This document shows, piece by piece, positions 37,629-46,381 of a stretch of 64,000 bases of DNA. Position numbers and translations under genes: made by a program. This DNA comes from Candidatus Latescibacterota bacterium (GTDB lineage Bacteria; Latescibacterota; UBA2968; UBA8231). The stretch's first letter is position 1. Every line of letters begins with the position of its first letter. The notes under the pieces were generated by a model. The model did no database searches. It saw only the letters and a list, made by a program, of their open reading frames with translations, and had not been told where the DNA came from. The stretch is from contig OZ242005.1 in assembly GCA_965204725.1 (NCBI GenBank), positions 5,248,001-5,312,000 of the forward strand. The letters run 5' to 3'.

Positions 37629-39554
37629 TCAATATACTAGGGCGGTCACGGCCTGCCGCTGGGTCGTTCCCTGATCGGTCTCTACCCGCAAGCTGACCAC
37701 ATACAACCCCGGCGGCAACAACCCACCCCGCTCGTCCCGACCATCCCATACCCCCACATACCGACCACTGCCCAACCAAGACGAATCCACCAAACCCACC
37801 CGACGACCCGACACGTCATACACCCAACACACCAACGACGACAAACCCGAAAGATTCAACACATCGCAGCCGATGGCAACTTCGTCGTTGATCCCATCGC
37901 CGTTGGGACTAAACACCCCCGGCTCCACCGACAACGAACCCAAAGGACCCGTGCCCAACCCGGTCAAATCCACCCGCAGCCCCGCGCTCGAAGGCTCCTC
38001 ATCCGCATCGCCTCCGGCCAATGCCTGCGGCACCTCGTGCGGATACGCGCTGTTGAAGACCCGACCCGTAAACACCGTGCCAAACTGGAACACCGACGCA
38101 TAGAAATCGACTTCGAGCACCTCGTCGGTGCGCTGGGCATCCATCTGCGGCACGGCCAGCACCACTCCACTGGCGTCTTGTTGGAGGACCTCAAAAGCCA
38201 CCGGCTGCCCCGACAGACGCACCGCATCCACCCGCTCCACCCGCGCCGGCGTGTCGATAGCCAAGCGGTCAAAGCCCAAGTCCCCGCTCGCCATCGACGC
38301 CTTGACCTTGTAGGTGAACGCTGCCGCCGCGCCCGGTGCCACCACCGAGGGCACGATCTCGGCGACCGCTTGTTGCGCCACCGGCGGGATCGACACCGCC
38401 AGCATCACCCAATCGAGCCGACCGCTGGCGCGCTGCTCAGAAGTAAAGTCGGCGCGCACCTGCACAAACTGGCGCGGTCCCGCGCCGGCGATGGCCCCTT
38501 CGCCGGCGGCAAACGCTTGGGCGGTACTCCAGAACGTCCACGCCGCTGTGTCGTGGGTGATGCCCGCCTGCGCCCCCCGCGCCAGCTTGTTGTACGACGC
38601 CAAGCGCAAGGGATGGCCCCGCTCGTCGAAGCGGGTGCGCTCGCCGCCGCGAAAGGTGTAGCGCCAGTACGTATTCGGATCGGCGTCGTGGCCGCTGCGC
38701 GTGCTCAACGCCAGCGTCGCCCCCTCGTCCTGCTGACCCGCCCACGTCAGGCGACCGAGGCTGGCAGGTGCGCCCAAGTCAATCACATTCGACACATAAC
38801 TGGCAAACGGGGCAAAGCCGCGACCGTAAATCTCCAACTCCGCAATCTCCCAAATACTCCCCGTGTTCTCCTTAGCGTAAAACAAAACGTAGCGGATGGG
38901 CTGATGCGGGAACTTCAGGTCGATGACGGGCTGGGTGTTTTCCACCACGTCATGCACAATATCAAAATCAAAATAAAATCCAGCGGCCCCCAAATTCTCT
39001 TCCCGCGTCCCATCCTTGAGCGGGTTGCCGTCGTTGATGCCGATTCTAAACTGCTGCACAAAGCGATCGGTGCGGTGCTGGTCGCGGGGAAAAAAGCGGA
39101 TGCGGTCGAGGAGGAGCGGCGCACCCAAGTCAAACGTCAGGGCCTTGATATACGGCCAATGCACGGCATAGCGCCCATCGCCCAGAAAGGCGGTCTTTAC
39201 GTCGCCATCAAACATCAAGGCATCGGTTTCCGTATGGGATAGCCAGCCATTCCAAGCAAACCTGAGCACTTCGCCCCCGCGTTCCTCAATCAGCGGGGTC
39301 AGGTTGAGGTCCGGGCTGAGCGACTGCGGGCGAATCGAATCCGGATCGAGCTGGATTAGGCTTTCACGGCCGTGTTGGGCCGCGTCAATCTCGCTCCAGC
39401 CGATTTGCACGAATTTGTATGGAACGTCCAGCGCTGGAGGCGGTAGGCTCTCGCCGCCGATCCGATAAATAGTCAGCCCGCTCGCGGCCGGCGCGTGGAG
39501 CAGGGAAGCGGCGAAAAACAGCGAGCCGACCCAATGTTTTGTCGGGCAAAACAA
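37629..39554 (-). CDS. Secreted discoidin plus FlgD-Ig/CTD protein (LTIYRIGG subfamily)
   Basis: MFDGD, FDLG..LLLDRIRFFPR, WEIAELEIYG, FSPNGDGIND, WDGRD; ends ALVY. Confidence 0.72.
   Translation of the reverse strand: MFCPTKHWVGSLFFAASLLHAPAASGLTIYRIGGESLPPPALDVPYKFVQIGWSEIDAAQHGRESLIQLDPDSIRPQSLSPDLNLTPLIEERGGEVLRFAWNGWLSHTETDALMFDGDVKTAFLGDGRYAVHWPYIKALTFDLGAPLLLDRIRFFPRDQHRTDRFVQQFRIGINDGNPLKDGTREENLGAAGFYFDFDIVHDVVENTQPVIDLKFPHQPIRYVLFYAKENTGSIWEIAELEIYGRGFAPFASYVSNVIDLGAPASLGRLTWAGQQDEGATLALSTRSGHDADPNTYWRYTFRGGERTRFDERGHPLRLASYNKLARGAQAGITHDTAAWTFWSTAQAFAAGEGAIAGAGPRQFVQVRADFTSEQRASGRLDWVMLAVSIPPVAQQAVAEIVPSVVAPGAAAAFTYKVKASMASGDLGFDRLAIDTPARVERVDAVRLSGQPVAFEVLQQDASGVVLAVPQMDAQRTDEVLEVDFYASVFQFGTVFTGRVFNSAYPHEVPQALAGGDADEEPSSAGLRVDLTGLGTGPLGSLSVEPGVFSPNGDGINDEVAIGCDVLNLSGLSSLVCWVYDVSGRRVGLVDSSWLGSGRYVGVWDGRDERGGLLPPGLYVVSLRVETDQGTTQRQAVTALVY
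37632..38870 (-). repeat. ~1.24 kb near-identical repeat, copy 1 (copy 2 at 41504..42742)
   Basis: 3' halves of the two genes align almost base for base at offset 3872. Confidence 0.9.
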
Positions 39555-39576
39555 GGCGGATGGCTCCCAATCGCGC

Positions 39577-41490
39577 TTAGTACGCTAGCGCGATGACGGC
39601 TTGCCGGGCGGCTGGCCCCTTGTCGGTCTCGACGCGGACGCGCAGAATGTACAACCCCGGCGGCACCTGCTCACCGCGCTCATCCCGCCCGTCCCACGCC
39701 CCTACGTACCGGCCGCTGGACGTCCAATCCGAACCCACCACGTTCAATAAACGGCCCGACAAATCGTACACCGACGACTCCACCTGCACCGGCCCCACCA
39801 AGTTGAGCACATTGCACTCGATCCGCACCGCGTCGTTAATGCCGTCGCCGTTGGGGCTGAACACCGACGGCATCAGCACCAAGTCGCCGATGGTCTGCGC
39901 CCCCAAGCGGGTCAACCCCACGCTCAACCCGTTGCTCTCGGCGAGCGCGTCCACATCCCCAGACTCTAGGCTTTGCGGCACCTCTCGCGGCTGCTCGCTG
40001 TTGGAGATCCGCCCGGAAAACACCGTGCCGAACTTAAAGATCGCGGTCTGGAAATCCACCTCGATGAGCTCCTCGGTGCGCTGCGCGTCAATCTTCGGTA
40101 GCTGCACGGCAAAACCGGCCTCGTCCAGCCGCATCACCTCAAAGGCCACCGGCTCGCCCGAAATCCGCACCGCATCCACGCTCTGGGCGCGGACCGGCGT
40201 GTCAATGGCTAGCCGATCAAAGCCCAAATCGTCGCTGGCCAAGGTCGCCCGCAGCTTGTAGGTGAAGGCCGTAACCTCCCCCGGCGGCACGGCCGCTGGC
40301 GATATTTCGGCGACCGCTTGCCGCGCCACCGGCGGGATCGACACGGCAAACTGCACCCAATCCAACTGCCCACTGGTCTCTCGGCTCGACGAAAAGTCCG
40401 CACGCAACTGCACGTAGCGCTGGGGGCCATCCCCGATCAACGCCCCCTGCCCGGCGGCGAAGTCGTAGCCGCCCCAGAACGCCCAATTCTCCGTGTCGTG
40501 GGTGATGCCCGCCTGCTCGCCGCGCGCCAGCTTATTGTACGAGGCCAGCGTCAGCGGGCGGCCCCTAGCGTCAAAGCGGGTGCGCTCGCCGCCGCGGAAG
40601 GTGGTCCGCCAATAGATGTTCGGGTCTGCGTCCAGCCCGCTGCGCATACTGAGGGCCACGTCGGCCTCCTCGGCCTCGCGTCCGGCCCACGTCAGTTCCC
40701 CCAAGCTCGCCAAGGCCCCTAAGTCGATCACATTGGACACGTAGCCCGCAAAGGGCGCGAAGCCATTGCCGTAGATTTCCAACTCGGCGATCTCCCAGAT
40801 GCCGCGCGTATTTTCTGCCGCCGAGAAGAGCAACCGCCGCACGGGTTCGGCGGGCAGGGGCAAGTCGATGACGGCTTCGGTATTTTCGGTTATGTCGTAG
40901 ATGATGTCGAAGTCCAACTCGCTGTTCCGCCGCCCAATGAGGAACTCGCGGGAACCATCCTTGAGGGGATCGCCGTCGTTGATGCCGATCTTGAAGGTCT
41001 CTACAAAGCGGTCGGTCAGGTGTTTGGTGCGCGGGAAAAAGCGAATCCGCTCCAACAGGAGGGGCGCACCAAAATCAAAGGCCAAGTACTTCTCCGGTGG
41101 CCCGTGCGAGGCAAAGTGACCGTCGCCGAGGTAAATGGTGTTCGGGTCTTGGTCGAACATGAACAAATCGTCCGCCTGAGGCGGCCCCCAGCCAATCCAC
41201 ACCAAGTTTAGAACTTGGCCGCCTTGCTCTTCGATGATCGGCACGAGATTGACCGCTGAATCGAACCGTTGGGGGCGCAAAAAATCCGGGTCGAACTCCA
41301 GCAACTCCGCACGGCCGTGCTGCGCCGCATCAATATCGCTCCAACGGATTTGCACGAATTCGTACGGCGCGTCCAACTCCGGGGCTGGCAGGCTCTCGCC
41401 GCCGATCCGATAGATCGTCAGCCCAAGTGCCGGACCGACCGCGCCGCCCCACAGGACTGCCCATACACACGCCGCTAAACGCCCAGCCAT
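39577..41490 (-). CDS. Secreted discoidin plus FlgD-Ig/CTD protein (LTIYRIGG subfamily)
   Basis: Same motifs as neighbours; ends ALAY. Confidence 0.72.
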   Translation of the reverse strand: MAGRLAACVWAVLWGGAVGPALGLTIYRIGGESLPAPELDAPYEFVQIRWSDIDAAQHGRAELLEFDPDFLRPQRFDSAVNLVPIIEEQGGQVLNLVWIGWGPPQADDLFMFDQDPNTIYLGDGHFASHGPPEKYLAFDFGAPLLLERIRFFPRTKHLTDRFVETFKIGINDGDPLKDGSREFLIGRRNSELDFDIIYDITENTEAVIDLPLPAEPVRRLLFSAAENTRGIWEIAELEIYGNGFAPFAGYVSNVIDLGALASLGELTWAGREAEEADVALSMRSGLDADPNIYWRTTFRGGERTRFDARGRPLTLASYNKLARGEQAGITHDTENWAFWGGYDFAAGQGALIGDGPQRYVQLRADFSSSRETSGQLDWVQFAVSIPPVARQAVAEISPAAVPPGEVTAFTYKLRATLASDDLGFDRLAIDTPVRAQSVDAVRISGEPVAFEVMRLDEAGFAVQLPKIDAQRTEELIEVDFQTAIFKFGTVFSGRISNSEQPREVPQSLESGDVDALAESNGLSVGLTRLGAQTIGDLVLMPSVFSPNGDGINDAVRIECNVLNLVGPVQVESSVYDLSGRLLNVVGSDWTSSGRYVGAWDGRDERGEQVPPGLYILRVRVETDKGPAARQAVIALAY

Positions 41491-41500
41491 ATTCGGCTCC

Positions 41501-43426
41501 TTAGTATACTAGGGAAGTCACGGCCTGCCGCTGGGTCGTTCCCTGATCGGTCTCCACCCGCAAGCTGACCACGTACAACCCCGGCGGCAACAACGCACCA
41601 CGCGCATCCCGGCCATCCCATACCCCCACATACCGACCGCTGCCCAACCAAGACGAATCCACCAAACCCACCCGACGACCCGACACGTCATACACCCAAC
41701 ACACCAACGACGACAAACCCGAAAGATTCAACACGTCGCAGCCGATGGCAACTTCGTCGTTGATCCCATCGCCGTTGGGACTGAACACCCCCGGCTCCAC
41801 CGACAACGAACCCAAAGGACCCGTGCCCAACCCGGTCAAATCCACTCGCAGCCCCGCACTCGAAGGCTCCTCATCCGCATCGCCCCCAGCCAACGCCTGC
41901 GGCACCTCGTGCGGATACGCGCTGTTGAAGACCCGACCCGTAAACACCGTGCCAAACTGGAACACCGACGCTTGGAAATCCACTTCAAGCACCTCGTCGG
42001 TGCGCTGGGCATCCATTCGCGGCACGGCCAGCACCACGCCGTTGGCGTCTTGTTGGAGCACCTCAAAGGCCACTGGCTGCCCCGACAGACGCACCGCATC
42101 CACCCGCTCTACTCGCGCCGGCGTGTCAATAGCTAATCGGTCAAAGCCCAAGTCGCCACTCGCCATCGACGCCTTGACCTTGTAGGTGAACGCCGCCGCC
42201 GCGCCCGGCGCCACCACCGAGGGCACGATCTCGGCGACCGCTTGTTGCGCCACTGGCGGGATCGACACCGCCAACATCACCCAATCGAGCCGCCCACTGG
42301 CGCGCTGCTCAGAGGTAAAGTCGGCGCGCACCTGCACAAACTGGCGCGGTCCCGCCCCAGCGATGGCCCCTTCGCCCGCGGCAAACGCTTGGGCGGTGCT
42401 CCAGAACGTCCACGCCGCCGTGTCGTGGGTAATACCCGCCTGCGCCCCCCGCGCCAGCTTGTTGTACGACGCCAAACTCAAGGGACGGCCCCGCTCGTCG
42501 AAGCGGGTGCGCTCGCCGCCGCGAAAGGTGTAGCGCCAGTACGTGTTCGGATCGGCGTCGTGGCCGCTGCGCGTGCTCAACGCCAGCGTCGCCCCCTCGT
42601 CCTGCTGACCCGCCCACGTCAGGCGACCGAGGCTGGCGGGTGCGCCCAAGTCGATCACATTCGACACATAACTGGCAAACGGAGCAAAGCCGCGACCGTA
42701 AATCTCCAACTCCGCAATCTCCCAAATACCCCGCGTGTTCTCGGGTGCTTCAAATAGCAACTGCTGCACCGGCACGGCCGGCAAGGGCATATCAATGACG
42801 GACTCGACGTTCTCAAAGACATCGTACGAAAGATCAAAGTCAAAGAAGCTCCCCCGAATGCCCTGCGTGAATTCCCGCGTGCCCTTCTTGAGCGGATCGC
42901 CGTCGCTGATGCCGACGATGAAACGCTGCACAAACCGGTCGGCCAAAAATCGCTCGCGGGGGAAGAAGCGAATGCGCTCGAGGAAAAAGCGGCCCCCAAA
43001 GTCGAAAATCAGGGATTTCTGGCGAATGACGCCGTAATCCCCGCCCCAATCGCCATCGCCCAACAGCGCCGTCGTGGCGTCGCCATCGAACATGGCCAAG
43101 TCGTTGCCGCTAGCCGGCCCCCAGCCGATCCAACTCAGAGACAGCACTTGGCCGCCGCGTTCTTCGAGCATCGGCACTAGGTTGACCGTCGGATCCAAGC
43201 GCAGCGGCTCGACAAAGTTAGTATCTATTTGTACCAGTTCGGCCAAGCCGTGCCTTTTGGGGTCCACTTCGGCCCAGGACAACTGCACGAACTCGTAGGG
43301 GACCTCCAAGTCGGGCGGCGGCAGATCGGCCCCGCCGAGGCGAATTACGGTCAGGGCGGCAACAGAAGTTGGCCCACCCCAAAAACACCATCCCAATGCG
43401 AGGAGAATCCCAATGCGTTGTAGCAT
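41501..43426 (-). CDS. Secreted discoidin plus FlgD-Ig/CTD protein
   Basis: ATG 43426 gives signal peptide MLQRIGILLALG; LTVIRLGG; same motifs; ends SLVY. Confidence 0.72.
   Translation of the reverse strand: MLQRIGILLALGWCFWGGPTSVAALTVIRLGGADLPPPDLEVPYEFVQLSWAEVDPKRHGLAELVQIDTNFVEPLRLDPTVNLVPMLEERGGQVLSLSWIGWGPASGNDLAMFDGDATTALLGDGDWGGDYGVIRQKSLIFDFGGRFFLERIRFFPRERFLADRFVQRFIVGISDGDPLKKGTREFTQGIRGSFFDFDLSYDVFENVESVIDMPLPAVPVQQLLFEAPENTRGIWEIAELEIYGRGFAPFASYVSNVIDLGAPASLGRLTWAGQQDEGATLALSTRSGHDADPNTYWRYTFRGGERTRFDERGRPLSLASYNKLARGAQAGITHDTAAWTFWSTAQAFAAGEGAIAGAGPRQFVQVRADFTSEQRASGRLDWVMLAVSIPPVAQQAVAEIVPSVVAPGAAAAFTYKVKASMASGDLGFDRLAIDTPARVERVDAVRLSGQPVAFEVLQQDANGVVLAVPRMDAQRTDEVLEVDFQASVFQFGTVFTGRVFNSAYPHEVPQALAGGDADEEPSSAGLRVDLTGLGTGPLGSLSVEPGVFSPNGDGINDEVAIGCDVLNLSGLSSLVCWVYDVSGRRVGLVDSSWLGSGRYVGVWDGRDARGALLPPGLYVVSLRVETDQGTTQRQAVTSLVY
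41504..42742 (-). repeat. ~1.24 kb near-identical repeat, copy 2
   Basis: Matches 37632..38870. Confidence 0.9.
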
Positions 43427-43465
43427 AACGGCCTTGTGATTGGACTGAGGGGGCAAAAATATGAC

Positions 43466-43504
43466 AAAAAAGGACGGGTAGATCAACGAAGACCTACCCG
43501 TCCT
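43466..43504 (-). terminator. Rho-independent terminator
   Basis: Minus strand AGGACGGGTAGGTC-TTCGTT-GATCTACCCGTCCT followed by a T run, about 30 nt after the stop at 43537. Confidence 0.85.
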
Positions 43505-43536
43505 AAACTACGGATTTGCTGCTTTAAGCGGGTGGC

Positions 43537-44505
43537 TTATCGACCGACCGAAGCCTTGATATGGCCCCAGCTATCGTTCTCGACCGAAGTATCCGGCGCG
43601 TAATTTGCGAGCGCGTCTGCGTCGAGCGGCAGCAAGACAAAGTCGGAAAACGAACTGGCGTTGCCAAAGATGTCGGACTGGCCGCCCAACGTCCACTTGG
43701 CCGTCCACGGGTTTCTGTCTTCGGCGTCTTCCGGGCCGTTGTCGTTATCGACGACCTGCAAACCAGCGCCGACAATTTCCAACTCGACGAAGTCGTGCTG
43801 TTCGCTCAGCTCGGGACCCTGCCAGTTGAAATCGTCCCAGCCAATGGTGTACCACTCGGCTTGGAAATTGGCCTCCGCGCCGTGGACGCCGTCGAGGTTG
43901 AAGGAGTCGCTGCAGCACTGGTACGGCTCGTCGCCGTGCCAAGTCGAGCTGGACATCCAAAACCAGCTCCAGCCATTGGGATCGCTCCCAGACGTAATGG
44001 GCGGCCAGCGGTAATGCGAGGTCTGGGTCTGGCCGCCGGTGAAGAGCTTATTCTCTTCTTCGGTCAGGTCGCCAGCAATGCCCGCGCCGCCAGCGTGGAA
44101 CCAGCCACCGGAGTGGTCGGAGTCTAGGCCGATCTCAATCGAGTCGTCTTGGCCGCAGCAGCCAATGCCGCCGGCATCGCGATCCCAAACGTCATCAAAG
44201 CGGTCGAAGACATAGTAGATGCGATCCAATTCGTCGTTCCAGCCCATGGCAAAACGAAAGAACAGATTGGAGCGGTCTTTTTCGCGCCCGACATCGCCTT
44301 CGCCGACGATAATATCGGGATCGTCACTGTCGAGCCACACCTCGGCTGGCAGAATGTCCCACTCGGAGATGTCGCCATCGAGGACGGGCAGTTTGTCGGT
44401 CGGCCACTGGAAGGCACCAAAGACCCTTCCTTCGGGAATGTGGGCGAAGGCGGATGAACTCACCAAGCCCATAATAGCAGCCAACGCCGCAATTTTCTTG
44501 CTCAT
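43537..44505 (-). CDS. Secreted acidic CBM9/DOMON-like protein with C-terminal SWGxIK tail
   Basis: ATG 44505 after AGGGGG; signal peptide AFA then His; PVLDGDISEW, GWNDELDRIY, DSIEIGLDSDHSGG; ends TSVENDSWGHIKASVGR. Confidence 0.65.
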   Translation of the reverse strand: MSKKIAALAAIMGLVSSSAFAHIPEGRVFGAFQWPTDKLPVLDGDISEWDILPAEVWLDSDDPDIIVGEGDVGREKDRSNLFFRFAMGWNDELDRIYYVFDRFDDVWDRDAGGIGCCGQDDSIEIGLDSDHSGGWFHAGGAGIAGDLTEEENKLFTGGQTQTSHYRWPPITSGSDPNGWSWFWMSSSTWHGDEPYQCCSDSFNLDGVHGAEANFQAEWYTIGWDDFNWQGPELSEQHDFVELEIVGAGLQVVDNDNGPEDAEDRNPWTAKWTLGGQSDIFGNASSFSDFVLLPLDADALANYAPDTSVENDSWGHIKASVGR

Positions 44506-44592
44506 GCTACAACCCCCTATGTTGGTTGAATGAGAAATGAGTGATGAAAAACGCCCCACAACTACAAAACGCATGAGGCGAAAGATTTTCAA

Positions 44593-44620
44593 AGAATGAA
44601 TGAAATACCTCTTTTGTCAA
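44593..44620 (-). promoter_or_regulatory. Candidate sigma70 promoter for 43537..44505
   Basis: Perfect TTGACA (44620-44615), 16 nt, CATTCT; AT-rich spacer; AAATAC/GTATTT inverted repeat flanks the -35. Confidence 0.55.
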
Positions 44621-44634
44621 GTATTTTCTCTTGC

Positions 44635-46370
44635 TCAGGAATCGCCTTTGAGCGGCGTTCCGGTGGCCCAAGGCATGGCACTAAGGCTCAAATCCTTCCG
44701 TTGCGCGGCGGCCTGCAAGTCGCGCGCCCGAGTCCAGTGCCTCTTTGCGAGGGGCTGATTGCCCATCTTTTGGTAGGTCTGGGCGAGGGCCAAGTGGGCG
44801 CGGTCGTAGCTTGCGTCTAAGGACACCGCGTTCTCAAACGCGCCAATGGCCTCCCCGAGCCGTTCCATTTTCGCGTATTCCACCCCCAGATTGAAATGGG
44901 CTTGCGCCAACTCGGGATCGAGCGCGATGGCCCGTTGGTGCAGGCAATGGCCGCCTTCAAATCGCCTTTGCGCGAATGGGCGATCCCCAAGTGTGTATAG
45001 GCTTGGGCATAGGTAGAATCCGCGCCAATGGCCTGTTGGTGGGCGGCGATGCCGCGGTCGAAATCCCCTTGGCGGCTATAGGCGATCCCCAAGTCGTCGT
45101 GGGCTTTGGCCACGCTCGGCGCCAACTCGGACAAGTATTCCTTGGCATGGACGTCCGACAGCGCATACCGAGCGTCGCTCCAAGCCAAGAAGAGGATGGG
45201 CACCCCGAAGTACAGCACCTGCTTGCCGGTCTCAAACCCGTAGGAGAGCACCGGCCACTGCGCCCGCGCATGCTGCCAGCGCGTCACCAGCGCGGTCCAG
45301 CTGCGGCGCGGTAGAGCCTCCTCGGCGGAATCGTCCTCTATCAAATTCCGTCGGATCTCTTTCTTGCCGACCTTCCACATGAATCCATCGTAGTAGTAGT
45401 GCATAAAGGCCGAGGTGGCGATGAGCACCTTGACTATATCGTAGATCAGAAAATTCTGGGTCGCCCGCGCAAGGGCCTCGATGCCGCCATACGCCAATAT
45501 CAGCACTAGATAGAACAGGACGATCCGCAAGCGTCCATCGGCGAACAGGAAGCGGAAGAAGGACCGCCCCAAGTCGCGCGAACGCCTGAGCACCCCGTGA
45601 TTGTAGATCCACACGATGGCGAAGTACTGAATGTCGTGGGCCAGCGCGGTGATCGCGTAGCCCAAGATGACGTCTTCAAGCACGATGTACGCGCAATAGA
45701 CCGTGGCGAACGTAGTCGCCGAAATCGCCAGCTTGGGCCAGACGATGGGCGCGCCGCGCCGCCTTTCGACGACCATGTTGCCCACGTAGATCACCGACAA
45801 GGCCAGCGCCAAGTACAACATAGCATCCCGCAGCAAAAAGACGTATTCGGGCTTGATATAGGTGTACAGCCCAAAGCCATAGCGATGGCAGCGCTCTAAA
45901 AAATTGATCAGATAGTGGGGGCTAGCCGCTATCACGTAGCCGAACCAGACGGCCGTCAGCCACCAGTCCAGCCGCGCACTCAACGGCGAGGGCCGGCGTC
46001 GCTTGACCTCGTAGATCCGCATGAAGCCGTAGTGCTGCATGAAGAAGTGCCACATGTCCCACAGAGCCAAGAAAATGAAAAACCCGAGGTGGCCGTTGAA
46101 CACGCTCCAACTGACAAAGGCGACTATTACCAGCGGAGCGACGATGAAGCGGGCCTTGTAGCGGCCAAATAGCTCCCGCTCGCCATAGGCGCGCATGAGT
46201 CCGGGCAGGTGGTGCCCCACCGCGAAAAAGGCCAGCACAAACAGGGCAATGTCGGCCGAGGTGAAGTAGTTGGCGGCGAGCAGCAGCGCCGCCAGTGAGA
46301 TCAGGGGGGTGCCAATGAAAAACAGGAAATCCCAGTGGCGGCTAATGATCCAGCCCTGCGGAGTCGTCAT
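44635..46370 (-). pseudogene. His-motif membrane protein fused to TPR repeats, frameshifted near 44940
   Basis: ORF 44817..46370 loses TPR periodicity after AAIAC; adding one base restores HQRAIALDPELAQAHFNLG and joins ORF 44635..44910. Confidence 0.75.
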
Positions 46371-46381
46371 CGCTCCCCGCC

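Noticed and set aside
38037-39242. Long antisense/shadow ORFs (e.g. 401 aa here, 55622..56764, 60090..61013)
   Set aside because: Low-complexity Arg/Ala/Pro-rich translations opposite well-supported genes, expected in high-GC DNA.
37632-42742. DGR template/variable repeat pair
   Set aside because: Both copies are coding, 1.2 kb long, differences are not adenine-specific as far as I can see, and no reverse transcriptase is in the window.
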